From Lama glama (taxonomy: Eukaryota): a stretch of DNA of 64,000 nt. How positions within the stretch are numbered: position 1 is the stretch's first letter; every line of letters starts with the position of its first letter. This document shows positions 50,754 to 62,600 of the stretch, piece after piece. Where the stretch lies: assembly GCA_028534125.1 (NCBI GenBank), contig CM052818.1, forward strand, positions 47,928,001 through 47,992,000, read 5' to 3'. Both the position numbers and the translations under genes were made by a program. The notes beneath the pieces are model-generated. The model saw only the letters and a list, made by a program, of their open reading frames with translations, was not told where the DNA came from and searched no databases.

Positions 50754-52019
50754 AGCACACGATGCATCTTAGCAGTACTTAGAGATGCCGACATAAAATA
50801 CAAAGATGAGCCAATTACACTTTCTGCAACTGCATTTCATTCTGCTAATGCTTACAAATTAAGGGCGTCTGTCGCCGCCTGCATGACACCGTGCAGAGAG
50901 CGTCTCCAGTCTCATGAATCTTAGAGCGTGCTCTGCAGAAATGCAGAAGCCAATCCAAAGGTAAGGAGTTGACATGAAGTTCATAATCCCTGTCTAGTCA
51001 GTATGAAAATCTGTCTGTGTGAGGAATGCAGAACCTCGTCACCCGTGGAGTCCTGCGTCATCAGGAGAGTGACTTGACCAGATCAGGGGCAGAGCTTCAC
51101 CGACGTGAAGTACTGAGGTGGGATTGTCTCTCTGGGTTGAGAGACGTGCATGTGGTCAGCTCCTTTCAGTCGGCACTGTTTTGATCATTGTCCTTTGCTT
51201 TTAAAAACTTTCAGAACTTAATTACCTTCTCGATTGCATCGTGAGCTCTGTAGTGGCAGGCAGCCTCCCGAGAGCCGGGCGCCCCTATTCTGAAGATGAG
51301 AAATGAAAAGGACGTTGTAGATGGTCAGGCTGCCCTTCTCGGCGCGCTCAGGACCCCGGCCGCTCGGCTCACACACCCAGCTTGGGGTCCTCATCAACTT
51401 GCAACTGTCACTGGCTCCTGGTTCTCTCCTCCATCGGCCACCTGCATCTGGAAACTCTCAAATTCCCTTCAAATATCTGAAAATGACTCCTCAGTCCCAT
51501 CCCTTATGTCCTTTCTTCTTTGGGCTAAATGTCAACAGAGCCTTCGTTTATTCTTCAGACACAGCTCAGTTCGTGGGACTTTCTTCTGCACGTACCAGCC
51601 GGTCCAACGCTCTCCTGTATCCAGCAAAGGAGGACCACATGCGCCCCCCTCACGCCGAGGGCCCGGCCCTCTGGCTGTCGTGCAGCAGGACATTAAGCAG
51701 AGGCTGACACAGAAGGCGTGCTGGTCAGATGCGGGCGCGATGCCTCTGGGAGAGGAAGCTTAAATATGCGGGAGCTCATGAGGGCATCCGGACAGATCCA
51801 GGCAGACTTGGAAGACACACTGAAAGTGACTCTATGGGAAAAGAAAATGTAAATATATAAACTTGGATTCAGAAACGCAGCTGTATAAGTGCAAGGTGGA
51901 GTGAATGGCTCAAGCAGATGTTCCTTTAAAAATGACCAGAAGGGATGGTTAGAGTTAACTACACAGTCCACATGAGCCAATGGGATTGTGGGTCGGAGGG
52001 TTAATGTCCTTTCAAGATT

Positions 52020-53270
52020 GTGAACAGTAATTTTGCATAAAGCTGCTATAAAAATTCATGTGTAGGTTTTTATGTGAACGTAAGTTTTCAACTCATTTGC
52101 GTAAATACCAAGGAGGCACTGCTGATGAATTATGCGGTAAGAGATTATCTAGTTTTGTTAAAAAAAAAAAAACAAAAACTGCCAAATTATCTTCAGAAAT
52201 GGCTGCACCATTTTGCATTCCCGCCAGAAGTGAACGGGAGCTCCTGCTGCCCCAGGTCCTCGCCAGCTTTGGAGGTGTCAGCGACTCAGGCTTCGGCCAC
52301 TCTAAGAGGAGCGCGGTGGCATCTCGTCGCTTCCATTTGAATTCCCCTGATGTTGTGAGACGCGGAGCTGCTCTCCACGTGCTTCTTTGCCGTCTGTGCA
52401 GCTTCTTTGGGGAGGTGTCTGTTCGCGTCTTCTGCCCGTTTTCTAACTGAGATGTTCATTTCGTCTTAAAGAAGGCTTTGGATATTTCGGACGAGACTTT
52501 TTCATGTGTCTTTTTTCAAATACTGTACCCCAGTCTGTGGCTTGTCTTCTCATTCTCCTGACGTTGTCTTTGGCAGTGCAGAATTTTTACATTTTAGTCA
52601 AGTCCCGCTTGTCAATGATTCCTTCCATGGACTGTGACTTTGGTGTGGGGGCAAAGAAGCCATCGCTCTGCCCGTGTCGTCCCCTAGGAATTTCACAGTT
52701 TGTGGTATATACGCAGGTTCATTCGGAGTTACCTTCTGCGGTGAGTGTAAGGTCTGTGTCTCGGTTCATTTTTTTACATGCGGATGTCCAGTTATCCTAA
52801 TAGCATTTGTTGAAAAGGCCAACTTCGCTCCATTGAATCACCTTTGCTCCTTTGTCAAGGATCAGCTGCCCGCGTGTACGTGGGCCGACTTCTGGGCCCT
52901 ATGGGTCAGTTTGCCCGCTCCTTCCTCTGGCCACACCGTTGTGATTATCGCAGCTTTAGAGGAAGTCTTGAAGCTGGGTAGCGTCAGTCCTCCGACCGTC
53001 CTTCTCCTTCAATATCGTGTGGGCTATTCTGAGTCTTCTGAATCTCCATATAAAGACTTTAAAATCATTTTGTTGAGAGCCATAAAATCAGTAGCTACTA
53101 TTTTTAATGGGACTGCATTAAATCTATAGATCCATTTGAGAAGAGGCGACATCTTTAGAATATTTATTCTCTCGATCCATCTATCTTTCCTGGTTCCTGA
53201 CCTTAATGGGACGGCTTGGCGTTTCTCACCATTGAGTATGATGTTAGCTGCAGGTTTTTGTAGCTGTTAG
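52020..53270 (-). mobile_element. Old L1 (L1MB-like) ORF2 3' portion, GC-shifted
   Basis: ataaagctgctataaaaattcatgtgtagg...tggctgcaccattttgcattccc...cagtctgtggcttgtcttctcattctc...catttgttgaaaagg...ggactgcattaaatctatagatc. Confidence 0.85.
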
Positions 53271-53683
53271 AATTAAGTCGTCACCTCTTCTGTGGCTCCC
53301 TCTTATCAATCTTCTCCCTTCCCAGAAATGCATGTCAGTGTTTCTTCCCTCCCAGACCTTTCCCGAGAGCACAAGCAGCTAGAGCTCTGCCGGTCTTCCT
53401 GCACCAGGACGACGACACTCCAACCTTCACCACGTGGAATCGTCCATAGTGAGGTCTGGCTGGCCTGCCTGTCGCTGGACTGACGAGTCCGGGGCCTGTT
53501 CTGAGCCCCACTGTGAAGAATGAGGCTGCATCCCGTTAAGCCCGCTCACAGCGCACTCACCCACGATGTGGATTTTTACAGATGGAAATCCACTGTGGAT
53601 GAACGGAGCCTCTCTGCTTCCCAGAATATTTAGTTCATCCGGTCACCCCGTTTCCAGTCTACGGGGGGTGAACGGAAGGTTAC

Positions 53684-53891
53684 CTTGTAGTTGAATCAAG
53701 TGCTTTATTTATGTAGCCATCTGTTCCAGGAAGCGTGCCCGTGAACCTGTGCAGCTTTGGCACCTCTGCTGGCTTTATTCGGCTCTGGCTATTTGCTTTC
53801 CAAGTACCAAGAGCAGAAGCCTGGGTTGCAGGAAAAAATGGAAAAGAATGGTGAGACGTGTTGTTGCCTCCCTCTGTAATTGTTTGTTGGG

Positions 53892-53926
<35 letters not shown>

Positions 53927-54700
53927 TTTATCAAGGAAAGGGAAATGGTGTCAAGTATTCATGGGCACCTAAGGAGTTACAGCACAGAGAGAACGTGGAA
54001 CTACGTCGTTAGCTCTGTCTTAGCTGAGGCTCAGCTGAAGCGGCGAGTGACCGCCCACATGGATCCCCCAGCTCCGCCCGCTTCAACATGTGGGGGCTCC
54101 GGGGGTCAGCGGCCCGGAGCCCGGGTGGCACTGCCCAGACCTCGCTTCCTGAGCTCTCTCCCCTGGACTTTCTTACTTAAAAGAAAAAAATTCAGTGGAG
54201 GGAGTCAGTTTCTCTGAATGCGTTCTTGCTACGTTTTGCTTCCATTTTTCCCGTTTTGATGCTTCCAAGAGGGGGTCGCTTAGGTGTTGCCCAGGTTTAC
54301 AAAGTCATTGTCTGCGTGCCTCTCATTTCCAAACAGTGACATGGTGACGCCGCTCTCGTCTGTGTCTCTGTCTGTCCCTCCTCCCCCTCCTCCCCTCCCC
54401 TCCGCCTCTCACACTCACACGCGCAGGCTTGTGCCCCAGTGCACAGTAGTCTCTCTTAATCAAGTGGGGGCTTTCTCCTGATATGACTCATGAATGCAGC
54501 ATGCTTTGAGTTTCAGCCATTCCCAAACTCACTCAGCTCTTGGGGGCTCTGTGGCCCTAGAATTGGTTTGGTTAATAGCCCAGCAATTTTCTTGAATAGC
54601 TCTGTGAAAAACACTCATAAAGGTCAAAAAAAATTTCTTTTCCCTATTAACACTTCAAAAAACCCAGTTAATTGACTCAAAGTGCCTTGGGGAGGAGAAT
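53684..54700 (-). promoter_or_regulatory. Candidate promoter and non-coding first exon of an unidentified gene (or a strong enhancer)
   Basis: Appears free of interspersed repeats and CpG-enriched. Features: AP-1 TGACTCA at 54484 and 54673; G-rich tract on the minus strand at 54376-54400; (TG)16; TTCCAGGAA at 53724-53732; minus-strand donor-like AAG|GTAACC at 53684/53683. Confidence 0.35.
53893..53924. repeat. (TG)16 microsatellite
   Basis: Read directly from the sequence. Confidence 0.95.
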
Positions 54701-55639
54701 CTTTTCCCAATTATAACAAGCTCTGTTTTGAATAGAAATTTAAATGCTTTTTTTTTTTTAATGTAGAAGCTTGAAGGTGGAGTAGGTCTCCTAGATTCTA
54801 TGTTCCTCTCGCAAGGCTGAAGATACAAACACATCCAATGAGGTTCATAGGCACAGCCCAGAGCGGGGAGCGCCCGGGCGCCAGGGCTCGGGGAGACTAA
54901 CCAGGTCAGACGCTTGTGAGGATGAGGGCGAGGGGAAGGTGAGAAAGATGGAGATAAGGAGTAAGGCAGGCGGAGAGGGGAGGGAGGGAGGCAGAGGCCA
55001 GCCCACCATCTGTTCTCCAATCCTCTACCAGCATCTCTGCACACTATACCCAGCTTAAGTGTAAACCAGCAACTGTGACATAGGGATTGAAGACCCTTTA
55101 ACTGGGTCCAGTGAGCAGGAAAGAAGGGTCTCTTGCATCACACCCTAAAGCCTTCTGTCAGCGGGAGTGACCAGCAAACTCATCTGTGGCTTTATCTGCT
55201 TTTTCGCACACAATAAAGAGTATCCTACTTGAGACAGCAAAACACACTGATGAATCCTACCTAGTAAGGCCAGCTACTTCAGGGAAAAAAATTTAAAAAA
55301 GCTCAGCATTTAGCACGTACTCTTTCAGCAGGAGATTTTGCTTTCTCGTCTCATTTTTATGTTGAAAAGCAGGGAAGAGCCACACTGCACACGCCCCACC
55401 CCCATCCCTTTAATTCAGGGCCCTGTGTCTAGGGGTTGGTGGGGGATGGACTTGCCGGTGAGGTAATCGCAGCCTGTCGGGGTGGGGGAGCTGGGAGGCT
55501 GGCTGTTAACCCCACGAGTGCCGGAGGACGGGATGCAAACCAGAGGCATGGGTCCTTGTCAGCTTCCTTAGATCAGCTAAAAGATGGAGGGGACTGTGGG
55601 AGAACTGATACGTTCCTTCCAGAATGATTTTTACATGTG

Positions 55640-56340
55640 AAATTAATGACATTTCTGTTTCTAAAACCAATATTTGATTATTATGTAAGATTCAAGGAAA
55701 AAAAACAGGAAAAACATGAGACAAAAAAACCCATAATTCCACCAGCCATTGGCAACTGTTAATTATGGTGGTTAATGTAATTATCATTAATTATATCTAA
55801 TAATATAGATAATTTCCTGAGCACTGTGTTAGGTACTCCATGGAGCTAACTTACACTTCCTACAACTGCCCTAGAATACTTTATTATTTTCTTCATTTGA
55901 ACAATGGGGAAAACTTCCGTGTAGTCCTTTCAAGCTTCCTTTTTCTGTGGGCGCTTAAGTGTATGTAGGTTATGTTTATGCGATCTGATAGCCTTATTTT
56001 TCCACATGACATTGTGAAAAACTTCATGTTTCTATAAACCACATTTTAAAATTACATAACTGTGGAGGTATCACTGTATTTTTAGCCATTTCTCTATTTT
56101 TAGATAATTACGTATTTGCAAAGGTTTTCTCTCACAAATAAAACAGCATTATGGATATCACTCAGGCAAAAAGTGCAGAAGTTGCCCAGCCACTGAGCAC
56201 TTCTAGGGCTCTTGATACACATGCCGATTAGCTGTGGAGAAAGACTATGACAGGTCACCTCTGCTGGTGTCCAGTGGGGCCAAGACCCAGGAGCAGCCTT
56301 GCCAGCGCCGAACAAAGGCCTTTTGCTCAGAGGATGCTTG
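55640..56340 (-). mobile_element. Very old L1 (L1ME-like) fragments with an embedded MIR-like piece
   Basis: acccataattccacc...actgttaa; tttagccatttctctatttttagataattacgt...ataaaacagcattatggatatc; cttgatacacatgccga. Confidence 0.45.
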
Positions 56341-56866
56341 CATGTCTAAGCTGATTTATTTTCTCCAGTCTGCCCAGGGTGCGGGAAGCACCCGCAGCCA
56401 GCCAAAAGCATTGTGGCTGCATGGGTTATTGCTCTTAAGCAAGTTCTCTGCAAGTTGGTAAGTTCTTTCTGTAGTTATACATATTTTTAAGTGTTGTGTT
56501 TTTAAAAAATATCTGTGCCCTTGAAGGTGAAGAGTGATTGTGTTTTCTATTCCCCAAAAAGGAAACAGAGGTATGCGGAATGCTTATGTGATTGCTCACT
56601 GTCTCACCCTGATGTAGGCATGAGTGTTGAGCAGTTTGCAGCTTACCCACACGCCTCAGCTTGCACACATTCCTCTGTGTGGCCGTTGTCTTATTTTCTG
56701 ATGGGAAGAAATCTCATCAATGGCCCATCTGTGACAAGGAGAGTAACAATAGTTTACATCTCTCTTCCTTGTTGAACGTTCCAAGTAGAAATGTTGACAT
56801 TCTGGCAGGCCTGTGGTGATCTAGACACCATTGAAGATATGCTTGTATGTGCTGGTGAAGATTCTT

Positions 56867-57364
56867 GGCAAGCCATGGTAGGTCTGGGGAAGCCATGGTG
56901 GATTTGAGGAAGCCATGGTGGATCTGGGGAAGCCATGGTGGATCCGGGGAAGCCATGGTGGATCTGAGGAAACCATGGTGGATCTGGGGAAGCCTTGGTG
57001 GATCTGGGGAAGCCACGGTGGATGTGAGGAAGCCATGGTGGATCTGGGGAAGCCATGGTGGATCTGAGGAAACCATGATGGATCTGGGGAAGCCTTNNNN
57101 NNNNNNNNNNNNNNNNNNNNNNNNNNNNNNNNNNNNNNNNNNNNNNNNNNNNNNNNNNNNNNNNNNNNNNNNNNNNNNNNNNNNNNNNNNNNNNNNGGGG
57201 AAGCCATGGTGGATCTGAGGAAGCCATGGTGGATCTGGGGAAGCCATGGTGGATCTGGGGAAGCCATGGTGGATCCGGGGAAGCCATGGTGGATCTGAGG
57301 AAACCACGGTGGATCTGGGGAAGCCATGGTGGATCTGGGGAAGCCATGGTGGATCTGGGGAAGC
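56867..57364. repeat. 20-bp-unit minisatellite, consensus GGATCTGGGGAAGCCATGGT, about 19-20 visible units
   Basis: Head-to-tail units with point variants on both sides of a 100-N gap. No spacers between units. Confidence 0.97.
57097..57196. other. Assembly gap (100 N, probably a placeholder of unknown size)
   Basis: Run of exactly 100 N inside the minisatellite. Confidence 0.98.
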
Positions 57365-57954
57365 TAGGAAGGTTGGAAAGCTATCATGCATTTCCATTTC
57401 TGTAGAGTAAGTCTTCAAAACTGAGCTAATTTTTTTTTTGTATATACATCCTCAGAAGGCAATTGAAGGAAAAGAAAGGGAAAATATTTGTTAGTAAAAG
57501 TATCTTATTGCCATTGCTTTGTCTTGTTTTGGTTTCTTTTGCTCACAGAATAGCTGGATACTTTCTCTCTTTCCTGGGACCTGTTTGGGTTGTCCTGGAC
57601 TGTTCTTCAGCACCAACTCTGAATAATCTATTTTTATTAGAATTAATTTTTTTAACCTGTTTTGAATGTTCTGGATTATTCTCTTACCTCCATTCTGATT
57701 ATTTCATGTCTCTTGTGATAAGTTTAGTGGTAACAGCACTTGTTTGGGAATCTGTTTAAGTCTCTACTTAAGCAGTTCATTTTTCTTTTTCGGCTTTGAT
57801 TTTCCAAACTTGGTCAGTCATGTGAGTTGACTTTAAAAATACAGTTACAAGACCCATTTCCAGAAAAATCTTATTAGTGAGTCTGGAGAGGATGCTTCAG
57901 TACGTGAATCAGTCAGATGAATATCAAATTTAGGGAAGAGTAGACCAATGAGAC

Positions 57955-58097
57955 TGCTGCATAAGATGTGGTGTGGGCTTCACCCGGGTATTAGAAATGC
58001 AGAATCTCAGGCCCCACCCCAGACCTACTGAACTGAATATGTACTTTAACAAGGTCCCAGGTGACTCACAGTACATGCAATTTTCAGTCATGGGTCT
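57955..58097. mobile_element. MER5A1-like hAT-Charlie element
   Basis: ttagaaatgcagaatctcaggccccaccccagacctactgaa...tttaacaaggtcccaggtgactca is close to the MER5A consensus. Confidence 0.8.
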
Positions 58098-58969
58098 AGA
58101 TAAACTCTAAAATCTCTTCTATCTCAAAAGCACAGTGATTCCGAGTTTTCCTTCCATTTTCCAGTGCTATTTCCAGCTCTTTCTCTATTCTTCTTTTCCT
58201 GAGATCCTGAGGAAATTTTTCCCTGTGTTATGGAGAATAGATGTTCTGTTCAGTGAATTTCTAATGTATTTGCAAGGGGCTTCCTATGTAGAAGAGAATC
58301 AGGACTCAGAGGGTTAAACACAAAACACATTACCATAGGACAGCTGCCAAGGCATCACATTCTGAAATCTGATAAATGAAAAATGGGCATGGTATCAAAT
58401 TTAATCACATTTGTATTCAGATGTTGTTGAGAGCAGACACTGATTTATGAACTAGCAACAGACACCAGATTTCCTGCCTGTGTTATATACATATGAATGG
58501 GTGGAAGGATGGATAGATAAACAGACAGTGAAATTATGTTGCAAATTACATGGTACCAGACATGTTTATAACCTAGATCTCATCAAACTGATATTAAAAA
58601 ATACTACAGATAAATTTTTTTTTTTCCTGGGCAGTGGCTGTCGGTTTATTTTCACCCTGAAAAACTGATTTCTTTCAAAGGATATTCTTGCTCAATGTGT
58701 GCAGTGTTGAAAATGCTTCTGTTGTGCCCCATGGCTTTACATGATTTGTTTACAGAGAATATCTTGATGGGATGGAAAGAGATAGAGGAATGTGCAAACC
58801 ACTGCTGCGTTCTGTTGCACACACTCCTTCTCCATTAAAATATTGCTGGTGCAAAGGGCTGCTGCACACTCCTAGGGCTCCTGCCAAGACCAAGGCTTTC
58901 AGATGAGCTGTGAGGTACTGAGGTTAAAAGGGAGCACATTCAACACGGACGAACAATGAAGAAGTTGCA

Positions 58970-59170
58970 CATTACTGTACATAAAATAGATAAACAACAA
59001 GGACCTACTGTATAGTATAGGGGACTATATTAAATTTCTTGTAATAACATGTAATGGAAAAGACTCTGAAAAGAAAATATATGTATGTGTGTATAACTGA
59101 ATCACTTTGTTGTACACCTGAAACTTAAAGTGTAAATCAACTACAGTTCAATAAAATTAAAGAAAAAATT
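58970..59170 (+). mobile_element. Cetartiodactyl-type L1 3' end with A-rich tail
   Basis: ataaaatagataaacaacaaggacctactgtatag...taactgaatcactttgttgtacacctgaaac...aatcaactacagttcaataaaa. Confidence 0.9.
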
Positions 59171-60734
59171 ACAAAGACGTTAAGCAACTTTACTCACCAT
59201 CAGGCAACGTAGGAAGCACTAGGTTCAGTGTTTCTTGGACATTTATAATTTCGAAAATAAATCATTCAGATGATAAGACTACCTATTTTAGAACAGGTCA
59301 TTGCTCAGTGTTACCAAAGACGTCTAGCCATCGTTGAAGTGTGATTTCTTGACCATGCCCTCTGCCTAGGACTTTTCTTCACAGAAACTTCTCAAATTTG
59401 GCAAATCTAGTCAAATTGTATCCATCTTTCAGTGGTCATATAGATAAATTAATTCACTTTCAGAAGACCCTATCTTATGCTGTGGGCAGGGAATATAGAA
59501 GTAGATGATCCATGGATTGGCATTTTTTTTTTTTAGAGCAGCTGAGTAGCTAGAGGCAAGTCAGATCAATATAGACAATTTCAATACAATTAAGAGAAAT
59601 AGTTAAATTCAGCACAGGGAGCTAGGTTAGCCCAGAAAAGGATACCTAGGTCAGACTGGGAAGATATCAGCCAAGGATTCTTGGAAGAAGCGACACTGAG
59701 GGGGGCCCTAAGGAATGAGATATCTCCCACTTATCCTTGAAGGTGCAAGGAGGGTGGAACTCCTAGTGGAGAAATATCGAGGGGCCAGGCATGCCCAGCA
59801 TTGGAAACCCTGGAGGTTGGGAAAAACATGACAGCTGGGGGATAGTAAGCAGCTGTGACGTAACTGAAACAAAACTGTCTGTGCTCTGGGCGCCAAGAGA
59901 CAGGACGGAAAAGATTGGCAAAGCAACAGTTACTATAATGTGGTCTTGAGGTGTCCAGATTTACTCTTTGAGGAAAAAAAATCACAATAATCACCACCTG
60001 AACAAATAGACAGACATGACATGACAGCTAAAGAATGGAAACAATTCAGAGACCCAAAGGCAATGAGGACCTCAACTGACAAAGAACGTTTTGATAGAAG
60101 GACCTGAATTTGAGTAGTTTCATGTCTGGTACAGAAGATATTCAGGACCAAATGTCAGAAAAGAGGGTTTTCAAAAAGGACTGATCCTTGGAATTCTATG
60201 CAGGTGATAATATCCTTTACTGAGAAAAACCATCCAAAAGAAGGAGTTTGCTTTCTTTTAGTTTGATTTTCTTTTAGTGGATGTGGAGGGATCAGGGTCC
60301 CACTTTGGGGTGGGGTAGAAGTGACATCAGTGTAAGCCTCTTCTTCCCTAAGGAGCTGACCCTAACAATCGGAGCTAACACGCAATCTCCTTTTGTGCTC
60401 CCTTAGAAAATAGGGCATCTATTACGCACTGAGAATCCGTTACTACTCTGAATTTTTGGTTCTGTTTTCATGTGTTGTCTTATCTTCTTAATTAAATTAT
60501 CTCCTCGAGGGGGAGGCTCACACCTTTTTCTTGTTGGATCTTTCACAGAGCCTGAAGCATTGTGTTGCATGTAGAAAATATTGGTTGATGTTTGTTAATT
60601 GATTTGTTGGAATTTTTATCACTGAACACATTTCCCAAGAAGGAGCCAAACCCAGAGTTAGGAAGCCATCTGGCAAAATTGCTTGAGAGAATGCTTCTTG
60701 GCTGTCACATCTTAGAGGTCTTCTTAAAATAGTT

Positions 60735-60960
60735 AACATTTATTAAACATATTACCGTGTGCCGGACATTGTGCTGAGACCCATATATATGTAAAATCTC
60801 ATGTCATCTTCAAAACTATCTTGTGACATAAATACTATCAATACTCTCATTTAGAAATTGAGGAAAATGAGATCCAGAGAGATCAACCCATTTTCTGAGG
60901 TCAGTAAGTTGCAGACATGACTCAATCTAGACTCCTGGGTCTACCAGCTTCAACGTCGAT
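60735..60960 (-). mobile_element. MIR SINE
   Basis: aacatttattaaacatattaccgtgtgccggacattgtgct...catttagaaattgaggaaaatgagatccagagag. Confidence 0.75.
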
Positions 60961-62399
60961 GCAATTTGTCCATAGATGGAAAGTACATAACATGCTCTAT
61001 GCCTTCTGTCTCAATCTCTTTCTCTACTGTCTAAAAAAATGGATGTACTAAGACTAGTCTGATCCCTGGTTGCCTGTCCCGAGTCAGGGCCAGGATTAGA
61101 GCCCAAACTGGATCTTGTGACACGACACTTCCTACTCTGCTATGCTGGTTTCAAGACAAATCTATTGAACCAAACCTTCTGCTGGACATTATAGGTAATA
61201 GAAATAAATTTAAGGCCTCCTATTTGTCTGCAGAGGCCATACAAACTAGTTTGGGACACGTGACAATAGAACTTATAAAGTTAAACACTGAAGTATAGTG
61301 CCCTGGTATGCAAGACTCTTACAGATAACATACTGTAGGAAGGACAGTTTGACACGGTGGATGTTTGTCCTTCAGGGACTAAGGGAAAGTAGTGATTCTT
61401 CAGATGTGCACTGCAAGATCAGCTGACAGAATCCTCACAGAGCCAGTTTTAGCCACATATCACCTATTAGTAAGGGGTTGTTAATAGATATTTCAGTAAC
61501 TAATGCTGCCAGAAACGGCAGAGGCGAGCATACGAGTTGGTGCGAGTTATGCTGCTTCCACTGTTCAAGCTGAGGCTGGCTGACAGGACTGCTCAGACAC
61601 AGGACGGGGGTGCAGGAGTGAGTGGTGGGGCAGGGGGAGGTTGGAAAGACTGGGCTGGATGACCTCTTCAGCATTGTGTTCTTGATTCTTTCTAGGTACC
61701 TGATTTGTTGCTACAAAGCCCGGCCACCTAATTCACAGTTTTCCTCCAAAATGGTTCTTACACGCATAAGCCTACTTCCTGTGCTCGGTAGATCTGGAAA
61801 ACGTCTCACGTTTCAGTTGGCGCTGGATTTGACCCTTATGTGGATCTCAGGCTCTCAGTATTATGGTCAGGACTACATGCCTATCTGTAAAGAGAAGGCA
61901 CAGAATCTCTGTAGAACATACAGTTGGCCCTTTTGTATTCCAAGACATTTCCTCTTCCCATGGGAGAGAATTGATTAGGATTAGAATGCAACAACCTTGC
62001 TGCATCTCGTCAAAATATAAATTACAGTATGAACAACTAATTCAGGTCCGTTAGAATACTTCGCTATTCTTAAAGCCTGCAAGAAGACAAATCTGCCTGA
62101 AAAACTTCCTAATCATTATAAATAGTTCACAAAGGCTTTCTTGGTAACTCGACCTTGGGTCATTGAAAGTCAAGCTGGGATAAAGCAAGAGTGAAGGGTC
62201 ATTCTTGCCATTCCTGGAACCAACCAAAATTGCAGAGGTCCAGTGAAAGACAGGACTTTAAGATGTGTTTTATAAGCTCTGTAGGCCAAAGAGGGTTGGA
62301 TTTCCTGCTGGGTTCAGCTCCAACACAGGTGGGCCATGCTTGAGCTGGGGTGATAAGGCAACGGACAAAGGGCACAGGTGTCCTTACGAGGTCAAGCCC

Positions 62400-62600
62400 T
62401 GAAGTCAGATGGCTGGATCTGAGCTCCAACTCTGCTGCTTACTCGTGTGACTGTGGGCACGTTGTTTTGCTCCTCTTTCACTCCTATTGGAAGGAAAATA
62501 TCGAATAGGCTGAAATAATCCTAAAATAGTCCCTAAGTTTATTGTGAGGACTAAATGAAGACAGAGCCTTAAAAATAAGTGCTCAGTCAAGGTGAGCTTT
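62400..62600 (+). mobile_element. MIR SINE
   Basis: tgaagtcagatggctggatctgagctccaactctgctgcttactcgtgtgactgtgggcacgtt...ttattgtgaggactaaatgaag. Confidence 0.7.

Noticed and set aside
52058..53129. ORFs of 88-151 aa
   Set aside because: Antisense readings of a degenerate L1 ORF2.
56717..57418. Long repetitive ORFs (MASPDPPWLPQIHHGFPRST repeats), and a possible CRISPR-like reading of the 20-bp repeat
   Set aside because: They are translations of a stop-free minisatellite strand that read through an N gap. Units are contiguous with no unique spacers, and the DNA is mammalian.
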